Shown: piece by piece, positions 53,596 to 64,000 of the stretch | Layout: the number at the start of each line of letters is the position of its first letter | Position numbering within the stretch: position 1 is the stretch's first letter | From: Heterodontus francisci | Taxonomy: Eukaryota | Assembly: GCF_036365525.1 (NCBI RefSeq) | Contig: NC_090417.1 | Location: 9,198,152 to 9,262,151, forward strand | DNA length: 64,000 nt | Reading direction: 5' to 3' | The notes under the pieces: model-generated | Databases searched by the model: none | Seen by the model: only the letters and a program-made list of their open reading frames with translations | What the model was told of the DNA's origin: nothing | Made by a program: the position numbers and the translations under genes

Positions 53596-56500
53596 TCTCA
53601 TTCCCTCTGAAAATATAATGAACCTGGCTTTCTGTGCAAATTTGTTTTCTCAAGCTACTCATTGACCCACCTCAAAACAGAAGGGAGTCGCTCCACCCTA
53701 TCCGACTGGGTGGCTATCATGTATATTCCGTTCCAGTGCAGAGTGTTGACATAGCTTTTATTGTGTCGTTGAGGTCGTCAGATGATTGTTGATTTAACCA
53801 GCATACATGGAAATGTTCTTGATACTGGTTTGAAATGTCTTGAGTGCTTGGGGGCATCAGCTAACATGTATCCAGAATCTTATCAACTGTGTGGTCGAAA
53901 AAGGACAAATGTTATGTTAGATGAATAATACATTGTGTTTTAAATGTTATAATATCCCTGTTCGTGTAAAATGACACATTCTATGACCTACTATGGTAGC
54001 CCTGCAGGACATTCATTCTTACTGAAATAAAAATGGTGGGATTAGTACACGTTTCAAGTGTCGTACTCGAATTTCTGTCAAAGGACAAAACTCATCCAAG
54101 TGTTTCATAGCAATTAGACGTTGTGACTTTACAGGGATATTATTGTACCTTCGTAGTAAAGAATATGCTGTGAATTGCTTGGTATGACTGACCGAACCCA
54201 AAGACAAGGCAACTGATTATCATCTCATTTGCCATTTGTGGGACACATGAGACGTCATATTTATCCACCTAACAGCATCGAATAAAGTAATTAATTAGCT
54301 GTGACGTGCTGGGAATGTAATTAAGCACTAAAAAAAAACCCTATGATGTTTTATAAGGATGGAAACTTTATAATCATCCAATGTACGGTGACTGAGGCCT
54401 GAAGAGATCCACTTGTGAATAAATAGGGTGTATGGGATACCTGTCTGTCTCCTGTCACACAAATTAAGGGAACATTTCTTGAAGCTGATCGGCTCATATG
54501 CCAATTTAGATGGTTACAAATTCTAAGAGATATGTCATATTTGGCTGCAACTGTTTCAGCCTATGGATATAAGAAAATATTTTTCAAACCAGTTATTGTA
54601 TCGCTTTCATGGTTTGCATGAAGAAGCTTCAGGAGCAGATATTTTTACATGCAACTTCACGAACCTGCTTTCTTCTTATCCTTCCTTACTTTCCCCCTCT
54701 GCTGCTACGTGGCACTGTCACATTCACAGCTCTATATGTCGCTGCATTCTGTCTCTTCCCTTGCTGCTCAGACTATAGGCAGCATCTGATTTTTGTTTCT
54801 CATTCATGCAAACAAAAAATAACAGGCAACATAGGCACCCTGGCAATAGCTTTCCTCTCCTCGTGCAACAGCCACTCATGTCCATCTGCCCTCTTGACCA
54901 TTTCTGCTCTAATACGTATGTGCATCTTTTGTGATCGTCGATGTGTTCCTTTTCTAAAACAGTGACAAGGAAGCAACCCAGTGTCTCATCAACCAAAAAT
55001 CAAAGTGCCCTCCCCCCTTTTAAAGGGACACAATTAATGAAGAAGATAACCATAAACACGAATAAACGTAAATGATATTACCAGTATTCACTGGACACTT
55101 CAGTCCCTGCAGTATTTCACCCTGTACGCAGAGGTCCCAGCAGAGCATTGTTGCTATATTAGGTATACCCAAGATTCCTTTTCACAAATCCCCACCAGAG
55201 AATGCATATGTAATTCAAATACTGCAGTTTATAAACTGTACACCCATCACCAGTAGATAGTGGTCCTCAAACTGACTCCATCATCTCTCGATGGTGGTCA
55301 CGTTGGCATTTTGTGCACTGCAGCACTGACCACATTTCGGCAACAGAGACATGATGTGAACTTGTAGCTCCTTGTGTTTATTTTGCAGGACAGATGAGAT
55401 TCCATAACAGGGTGTGAAATCTCCATGGAACTTTTTTATATCTTTCTAATCAAATTAAAGGGACTATAATGGCTCAGTGGATTAGCACACTGCTCTTTCC
55501 CTCTGGGAATTCTGTTTGAGCTGAGACTGATAGAATGGAAGACTTTCTGCAATCCTCAGTGCTCTTCCAGTGGTAGGTTCATCACAAAATAATCTAGAGT
55601 TTTCTGTAAATCTGGCAATCTCACTCTTATGGGCTTTTAATTATGGGAAATGGTCAAATTTACATTACTCGTGTAGGAGTACTTCTCTGAGTTGGCCTTG
55701 ATCATCTATCTAACTTATGCTTGTACCTAAGCTGGTAGTGCCTATTACTGATAAAAGGTAACCAAAGTAGAAATTGATCCATTTCCAGGACTAACATTCA
55801 TAGGTAATAACTACATAAATTCAGTGATAGGAAAAAGCCACGAGACTAACTATTGTGAAGTGACGTATAATTTCATGTCTAGTTTTCATTTCACTTTGGC
55901 CAAAGTTGAGATATTAAGAGAGATCATGTCCTCAATTCAAACTTACTGCACAATAAAGAGAAAAGAAAAAGGATTTGGATGAATTCTTGTAGAGATTTCA
56001 GAGTGGCACTGATGGAATTATCTGATCACCTGATGAAGAACAGTTTGTGAATGGGAGTGGATCTAGATTGACATTGCAATGCAGTCCTGTTGGCTGCAAC
56101 ATATCAACTAAGGTCCATCTGCCTGTTCTGATAATTCAGATGGATGTTGAAGTTGTCATAATGCTACTTCAAGAAGAGTAAGGAGTTCCCCAGTGTCCTG
56201 ACCAACAGTCCTCCTTCGGCCAATGCCACAAAAAAAAAATCATAGATTAACTTGTGGGACACTGTTAATGCAGAATGGTTGATGTAAAGCAGCAGTCACT
56301 GAACACCAAAAGTATTATTTTCAGCGCTTTCACACCTTTCTCCAGAAAAAGCACTGTAAAGTTACAAGGATCATTCACAATGAGGACAATTGAAAAGCTT
56401 CCTTTTTAGTCCTGCTCAAGCTATTCTTGACTCAGTTGATTTTAGGCCTCTGTTAAAAACAACTTCAAGCCATTCATAAGTCGGTTCACAACAGTGTCCT

Positions 56501-57548
56501 GTGGGAAAGTGCTGCCTGATTGTTCTTTCCTGTCCCCTGACCAAATTGAGTACAGGAACCTATAAAATGCAGATTTATAAGTAAAAACTCCATATCCTCT
56601 GCCACGTGACAGTGTCTTTTTGCACATACAACTGCTGCACTTTATGAATATTTGAAAATAGGTGGTTATCAAGTTCTTGACAATATATGGAAGTTTTATT
56701 TTTGTCTGAATTAAATATTCCTCTAGTTTACTTACCTCCTCTTCAGAAAATGGTGACTCCTCATGGAGGATAGTTCCATTGATAATATATATTGTTCTTC
56801 TGTCAGCCTGGACAATGGCTTAATGCAGCGCAGCTACAACAGCTGAGCCAGATCCTCACGAGCAATTACTTTCAATGAAGTCATGGAGATTAGGAGCAGA
56901 AACAACTGGCTTATTTTTACTCAATCTAACTTCAAGACATCGAGGTTTGCTGTAACTCACCATTGATGGGAGAATGAAATCGGGAACCTACCTGGTCAAT
57001 TCGGCTGAGCACAATTACCCGCTGAATCACTAAATGCTTCATTTGTGTCAAATTATCTGTTTCACCATTCTGGGTTTGGTCATGGAGTCTCTTTGAGGTA
57101 GGAATGGCTCAAGGATGGCCTGCCTGTTGATGGAAGACGAGAACTGAGTCGAACTGGCAAACTTGGTAACGTGATATCCAAGCCAGGCAGGTTCACATGC
57201 TGGACAGCATTGTCAATAAATTAACAGACAGCCCAGCACATGGAACTTGGAGAAATAAACAGGTCACTGAGGGTTAGGATTTTTCAAAATTAGCTGCAGG
57301 TAACCTTGCAAATAATTCCTTACTGGAGAAGGTGGTTCTAGCTGGACAAACAGGAGGAAGCCTACTCGTGGTGATCGTCTTTGTGATCTGAGCAGTACCC
57401 CAATGTAAATTTAAAGGGTTGTGAATTGGCACTTAAACTCTCTGGACTTGGGCAGTTGCAGTGTGTTCCTGCACTCCATCGTGGACAAACAAATCTTTAT
57501 ATTTGTGTATTTCTCAGTAACTTGATTCAGACAATAGAATGTTCAACT

Positions 57549-58515
57549 TGTTATGAAAGTAATTTTGCTTTTGTTAAAACATTTTTGAGGAATTCACAAT
57601 CAAACTTTAGAAATGTTGGACGTTTTTTTCAAGAGGGTCATCAAAAGGACAGTGAAAGAACTGGTTTGGCAACAACGTTTACTAATTGTCACAAGTTAAA
57701 AATAGAGGAAGAGGTGGGCAGAGAAGTGACAATTGTGCACCCTTTGATAGGACAAGTCTGGGAGCAATGGCGTGCACCTGAGAGAGCAGCAAACTCGCAA
57801 GCTTTTAGTTGTTGTGTCATTGTTTACCTTCTGGAATGAGATCAAGTTTGCACCTGCTGCTGAAGAAGTGTCATGGAGGAAAAGACCAAATTCTTGCTGA
57901 ATGTTCAAAGACTCAAGCCTGCAGAAGAAGAGAATTCCCAAGGAAGAAGACCATAACCCAGCTCGGCTTTCCAGCACCTCTCTAAAAGACCCTGAGAAGT
58001 CCACTGTGTCAACTCATCTCATCTCCTGTCTTTGAAGAAAAGTCTGGTAAATTAATTGTCAACGCCGCCTGAAAAGAACTGTTCGAAAAGATCCTAGTGA
58101 CCCGTCTAAATGTACTCGGAGGCTGGACTGCATGCCAGTTTTGGAACACAACGTATCTCATCTGATTTTTCACAAGAATGAGCAAGTATTCAGCCCAAGT
58201 GTTGCTTTTTTGTCTGTAACAGAGCTTTGAACAAAAATCCCTTTTATTCTTCCGGTTAACTGGTGTGTGTGTGCGCGAAAGAGTCTGAGGGGCTAAGATA
58301 AAAAGGGAACTTTAAACACTTCATCTGGTTTAGACTTGTTTTATAATAAACTGATAATTTTATTCATGAAAGAAACCTGGTTCGTGTGTTTTATTCTGGG
58401 AAAAATAGATTGTGATAGACCGTATTGGTAAGTGGGAAAATTTAAATATATGCTGTGACCTGTGGAGAAATGGAACGAAAATAAACAGAGCACTCCTCCC
58501 GCCTCGGTTGTAACA
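57549..58515 (+). mobile_element. Solo LTR (967 bp, family B-related)
   Basis: TGTTA...TAACA ends, 4-bp TSD AACT (57545-57548 and 58516-58519), internal AATAAA, 3' end like 13950-14014. Confidence 0.75.
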
Positions 58516-58719
58516 AACTACATAGCCAAATCAGGAGAATGCAAGTCAGAAGAAGTTGTGATCAAATCATTTGGTGTTGTCAGACTATACTTTCATTTCT
58601 GTGGTCAATTCTATTGCTGAGACATCAGGGAGACATTCAGGCACTGGATTAAGTGCAGAGAACAGCTGAAAACTGATTAATAGGGTCAAGGGTCCAATTT
58701 ATAAGAAAAGACTGGAGAA

Positions 58720-59075
58720 ACTGAGAAACATTAAGAGCAGGAGTCGGCCATTCAGTCCCTGGGGCCTGCTCCGCCATTCAATTAAATTATAGTAGATCTG
58801 CATTTCAACACCACTTTCCTGCCTTTGCTCCATATCCCTTGATACCCTTACCTAACAAAAATATCTCCCAATTTTGAAAGCTCCAATTGTCCCAGCATCC
58901 ACAATGTTTTGAAAGAGTTCTGAATTTCTATTACCTTTTGTGTGAAAAAATCCTTTCTGATTTTGCTTCTGCATGATGTGGCTCTAATTTTTAGATTATG
59001 TCCCTTTGTTCTTGATGCCCAGTAAAGGAAATAGTTTCTTTTCATCTAACCTATTAAATCCTACAAACATTTTAA
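58720..59075 (-). mobile_element. CR1 3' fragment
   Basis: agagcaggagtcggccattcag... end; SRTKGHNLKIR...RKDFFTQKVI. Confidence 0.7.
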
Positions 59076-59825
59076 ACATTGTCACAAAACCTGGTGTCTT
59101 ATAATTTAGAAAATATTTTGATGTGTCTCAGATCTATATTGGAGACCATACACTTGTCCACATTCAACTCCAACCAAGAGCTTTGCCCAGTTGCCTAATC
59201 TGTCTATATCCCTTTGCAACTCCCTGCTCCCAACTGGACTACTTACTTTATCTCCTTAAGTGCCATCTTCAAACTTGATATTCAACTTTTCACTGAACTC
59301 ATGAATAAATATGCTGAAAAGTTGAAGGTCCTGAACAGATTGCTGGGGAAGACCACTTGTCATATCCTGCCAATCAGATCCTTTATCCCCACTTTGTCTC
59401 CTAACTCCCAACCAAATTCCAACCCAATTTTAAAGGCTACCTCCAATTACATGCACTCTCAGGATTCGCTCATAATGGAACTTAATTAAATGGCATCTGG
59501 AAGTCCATACAGCCACTTGCTTGTTTACCTTATTAAAAAGCTTTCCAGCTTTGAGTGGAGGCATCTAAAAGGTGTAACATATGGAATGGACAAAGGCTTC
59601 ATCTGAAATATTACTGTAGATAAAATTATGGGGTAGAAAGATGGGGCAGATTTTCAAGTTGGTATGACGAAATTTAGGGCGGATGTCAGGAAATTCTTCA
59701 CATGGAATAGAGTCCCAGATGGACCAAGAGTGAAAACTCTGGAATTATTTAATAAACAATTGGAAGTTGCAATGAAAGGGTGGTGGGGGCAGTCTACGTG
59801 GATTGGTTAAGATGGGCCGAACAAA

Positions 59826-60191
59826 GGGCGGCACAGTGGCGCAGTGGTTAGCACCGCAGCCTCACAGCTCCAGGGACCCGGGTTCGATTCCTGGTACTGC
59901 CTGTGTGGAGTTTGCAAGTTCTTCCTGTGTCTGCGTGGGTTTTCTCCGGGTGCTCCGGTTTCCTCCCACAAGCCAAAAGACTTGCAGGTTGATAGGTAAA
60001 TTGGCCATTATAAATTGTCATTAGTATAGGTAGGTGGTAGGGAAATATAGGAACAGGTGGGGATGTTCGGTAGGAATGTGGGATTAGTATCGGATTAGTA
60101 TAAATGGGTGGCTGATGTTCGGCACATGTTCGGCACAGACTCGGTGGGCCGAAGGGCCTGTTTCAGTGCTGTATCTCTAATCTAATCTAAT
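59826..60191 (+). mobile_element. HE1-like V-SINE
   Basis: tRNA head, V-domain, (ctaat)n tail; small internal duplication atgttcggcac. Confidence 0.9.
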
Positions 60192-60399
60192 CGAATGGCC
60201 TCCCTCACCCAGTTTGCTGTCAGTCATGGATTTTATGCGTGCCAGACACTTGCTGACCAGACAAACAAGGTTTGTAAAATAACATTTGTGTTTGGGGCCT
60301 GGGAGGAACAGTCCTTCGTATTTCACAACATATTTCCACCAGTTTCCCAAAATAATACCTGCGACCTTTTCCACATGCCATCAGGTGCACATTGTTCTC

Positions 60400-60850
60400 C
60401 CGGGGAAGGCGCCCCACCGAAGAGCCGCGCGTGCGCACAGAGTCCTCCAGCCAGCCGCGCGTGCGCACAGCCCGCAGAAGAGCCACGCGTGCGCACTGAG
60501 TCCTCCAGCCAGTCGCGCGTGCGCACTGTCGAGTGGCGGCAGATTTTGAATTTCGTTTTAACGAACGCACAGTCGCAAAGTAACAAAGGCGAGGAAAATC
60601 CGGAAGGGACCCCGGTGGGGTGGGATAAAACAGTGTCGGAGAAAAGGCATTCCAGAATCCCTCCCACTTCCAGGTCAGTGCGGCTCCGTGTGATCTGAGG
60701 CGGGTAGTAGTTTTTTTATGAGACTGCAGAAGTTGGGTGGCTGGAGAAAACTAGGCCTCTTTCTCCCGTCGGTCGTTTAATCTGTGAAAGAAGTGGGTGT
60801 GTGTATTTATATAACACGGGGCGCTGATAAAGAACGGCTGGTCTGAGTAG
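60400..60850. promoter_or_regulatory. CpG-rich promoter-like region with 4 NRF1-like motifs (gene not identified in window)
   Basis: (G/A)CGCGTGCGCA at 60427, 60457, 60485 and 60515; high CpG density; plus-strand donor CAG|GTCAGT at 60673/60674. Confidence 0.65.
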
Positions 60851-61379
60851 TTAATCAGATGCCTTCCTGTTTCCATTTAAGATTTCTATATCAATACTTG
60901 CCCAAATCTCCAGATCCACAAAAAGTGAATGAGAAATAATCATGTAAAATGGAATTGAATCGCCAGCGCTTTTCATTCTTCCAATTCCCATGTCCTACTG
61001 CATTACTTGAATGTGTCTGAGCTGCATGACACATGGCTATTTAGAGATATCAGTGTCATTTGTAACAATCCTATTTAAATGTACACTAGAGAGAGAAATA
61101 ATGGTAAATTTTCTTTGTCATCTTGTACCTGTATGAAAATACTCTGGAATTTGGACAACTTTTCTCTCGGCAGGAAGAGCTCGAGTGTCGGGGCGGCGGT
61201 GTTGTGGAGAGATTTTCTTTCAATCTGCATCCAACCGACCAGTTTTCTTCTGCATTTGTGAAGCACCTTGGAATGATTTGTTTACATTTAAATGCACTTT
61301 ATAAATGCAAGTGACTGCTGTTGCATAACTGAGGATTACTACCTATTAAATTCAGTTCTGAATGTTCTCTCTGGAACAA

Positions 61380-63600
61380 TAGTAATACAGCACAGAAACA
61401 AGCCCTTCGGCCCACTGTGTCCGTGCTGGCCATCAAGCCTCTCTATTCGAATCCCATTTTCCAGCATTTGGCCTGTAGCCTTGTATGCTATGGCATTTCA
61501 AGTGCTCATCTAAATACTTCTTAAATGTTCTGAGGGTTCCTGCCTCTAACGCCCTTTCAGGCAGTATGTTCCAGGGGCGGCACAGTGGCGCAGTGGTTAG
61601 CACCGCAGCCTCACAGCTCCAGGGACCCGGGTTCGATTCCGGGTACTGCCTGTGTGGAGTTTGCAAGTTCTCCCTGTGTCTGCGTGGGTTTTCTCCGGGT
61701 GCTCCGGTTTCCTCCCACAAGCCAAAAGACTTGCAGGTTGATAGGTAAATTGGCCATTATAAATTGTCACTAGTATAGGTAGGTGGTAGGGAATGTAGGG
61801 ACAGGTGGGGATGTTTGGTAGGAATATGGGATTAGTGTAGGATTAGTATAAATGGGTGGTTGATGTTCGGCACAGACTCGGTGGGCAGAAGGGCCTGTTT
61901 CAGTGCTGTATCTCTAATCTAAAATCCAACCACCCTCTGGGTGAAAAAATGTTTCTTCAAATCCCCTCTAAACCTCCTGCCCCTTACCTTAAATCTATGC
62001 CCCCTGGTTATTGACCTCTCCGCGAAGGGAAAAAGTTTCTTCCTATCTATCCTATCTCTGCCCCTCATTATTTTGTATACCTTAATCAGGTCCCCCCTCA
62101 GCCTTCTCTGCTCTAAGGAAAACAACCCTAGCCTATCCAGTATTTCTTCCGAGCTGAAATGCCATCCCAGGCAACATCCTGGTGAATCTTCTCTGCACCC
62201 TCTCCAGTGCAATCACATCCTTCCTATAGTATGGCGACCAGAACTGTACACAGTACTTAAGCTCTGGCATAACTAGCGTTTTTATACAGCTCCATCATAA
62301 CCTCCCTGTTCTTATATTCCATGCCTCGGCTAATAAAGGCAAGTATCCCATATGCCTTCCGAACCACTTTATCTACCTGTGCTGCTGCCTTCAGTGATCT
62401 ATGGACAAGTACACCAAGATCCCTCTGTACTTCCAAGGGTCCTACCATCCATTGCATATTCCCATGCCTTGTTAGTCCTCCCAAAATGCATTACCTCACA
62501 CTTCTCAGGATTAAATTCCATTTGCCACTGCTCTGCCCATCTTACTAGCCCATCTATATCGTCCTGTAATCTAAGGCTTTCCTCCTTACGATTAACAACG
62601 CCACCAATTTTCACATCATCTGCGAACTTACTGATCATACCTCCTATATTCACGTCAAAATCATTAATGTACACTACAAACAGCAAGGGTCCCAGCACCA
62701 ATCCCTGTGGGACACCACTGGTGACAGGCCTCCAATCGTAAAAACAACCCTCGACCATCACCTTTTGCCTCCTGCCACTGAGCCAATTTTGGATCCAATT
62801 TGCCAAATTGCCCTGAATCTCATGGGCTCTTACCTTCTTCACCAATCTCCCATGCGGGACCTTATTAAAAGACTTACTGAAGTCCATGTAGACGATATCA
62901 ACTGCTTTACCCTCATCTACACACCTAGTCACCTTCTCGAAAAATTTTAATCAAATTTGTTAGACATGATCTCCACCTGACAAAGCCATGCTGACTATCC
63001 TTGATTAATCCCTGCCTCTCCCTCAGAATTTTTTTCCAATAGTTTCCCTACCACTGATGTTAGACTCACTGGCCTGTAATTACCTGATTTATCCCTATTA
63101 CCCTTCTTGAATTTTCTGTCCTCTGGCACTTCTCTGGTGGCCAGAGAGGATTTGAAAATTTGTGTCAGAGCCCCTGCAATCTCCTCCCTTGCCTCACAGA
63201 ATAGCTTGGAAACATCTCATCTGGGCCTGGGGATTTATCCACTTTTAAGCCCGCTAAAACTGCTAATACCTCCTCCCTTTCAATGATAATTTGTTCAACT
63301 ACATCACAATCCCCCCTCCCTGATCTCTCCACCTATCTTTGTCGTTTTCCATAACTACTTTAAATCTTACAGAGTTATGGTCACTATCCCCGAAATGCTC
63401 CCCCACTGATACTTCTACCACTTGTCCGGCTTCATTTCCTAAGATTAGGTCCAGTACCGCTCCTTCTCTTGTAGGACTTTCTACGTGTTGGCTCAAAAAG
63501 CTCTCCTGGTTGCATTTGAAGAATTCTGCCCCCTTTAAGCCTTTTGCACTAAGACTATCCCAGTTAATATTGGGGAAGTTGAAATCCCCTCCTATTATTA
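61380..63600 (-). mobile_element. CR1 ORF2 fragment with a nested SINE
   Basis: PTREGAVLDLILGN, DFSKSFNKVPH, GVPQGLVLGP, KFADD, RRLRGDLI. Confidence 0.88.
61574..61922 (+). mobile_element. HE1-like V-SINE inserted in CR1
   Basis: Complete SINE interrupting the CR1 at gcagtatgttcca|...|tccaaccaccc. Confidence 0.9.
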
Positions 63601-63932
63601 TGACACCTCTCTGAGAGTAAAGTTTAATTGTGATACTAAAATATGTTTATTAAATAAATTGTATCTGCTTTAACCTATATCTTGTATTGTGGAGATATTC
63701 ATGATTGAAGGGCAAGTTTTCAGTGGATTTTTATCAACAGCAAAGCAAATATGAGCATTCAAGCCATGATTGAGGTCTCTGTCCACTTCTGCATTTGACA
63801 AAAACATGGTAGCCCTAACATAAGGTGTCAGCCTTGCCTCAATGATAGCATTCTTGCCCTGAGTCAGAGGTGGTTGGTTCAGGTTCCCACTCCAGAGACT
63901 TAAACACATAAAAAAGGCTGACACTTCTGTCG

Positions 63933-64000
63933 ATTTTATTTATTTATTTAGAGATACAGCACTGAAACAGGCCCTTCGGCCCACCGAGTCTGTGCCGACC
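63933..64000 (-). mobile_element. HE1-like V-SINE 3' end (runs off the window)
   Basis: tttatttagagatacagcactgaaacaggcccttcggcccaccgagtctgtgccgacc. Confidence 0.8.

Noticed and set aside
54563-54965. MDIRKYFS... ORF reminiscent of a hAT transposase N-terminus
   Set aside because: Too short, with no further transposase motifs, TIRs or TSD that I could establish.
60419-60530. CRISPR-like repeat-spacer pattern
   Set aside because: Spacers are themselves duplicated, there are no cas genes and the context is vertebrate; it is a short tandem duplication.
60195-60698. 167-aa ORF with SRACAQ/SRVRT repeats
   Set aside because: By-product of GC-rich tandem motifs, with open frames on both strands and no recognisable domain.
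7749-61922. tRNA genes suggested by A/B-box sequences (gtggcgcagtggttagc...gggttcgattcc)
   Set aside because: They are heads of V-SINEs, always followed by the V-domain and a CR1-type tail; the recurring [12 protein letters not shown] ORFs are SINE artefacts.
51565-64000. GSTO1/GSTO2 or CFAP58 exons expected from human ITPRIP synteny
   Set aside because: I found no matching peptide motifs on either strand by eye.

Overview
Eukaryotic, repeat-rich vertebrate DNA, most likely an elasmobranch (shark or ray), judged from HE1-like V-SINEs, SacSINE1/DeuSINE-like elements and abundant CR1 LINEs. It holds two real protein-coding genes. (1) A complete 9-exon gamma-glutamyl hydrolase (GGH-like) gene on the minus strand (CDS 37229->10213, 942 nt, 313 aa, all introns GT-AG, Cys-His-Glu triad intact), assembled by hand from splice sites. 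(2) ITPRIP (MAB21/cGAS-like fold), with a single coding exon on the plus strand (49948-51564). The two are head-to-head and probably share a GC-rich promoter at ~37.2-37.9 kb. A second CpG-rich promoter-like region with four NRF1-like motifs lies at ~60.4-60.8 kb. Most other ORFs are transposon debris: CR1, L2 and RTE LINEs, six solo LTRs with target-site duplications, two hAT-type MITEs and SINEs. Highlights are minimal hammerhead-ribozyme motifs in a Penelope-type short repeat, a four-layer nested insertion ending in a young RTE with a perfect 22-bp TSD, a hAT MITE with a CRE site and two consensus splice donors upstream of the ITPRIP coding exon, and a long hairpin 3' of ITPRIP. I found no clearly new multi-gene system; family assignments come from recalled motifs, not database searches.
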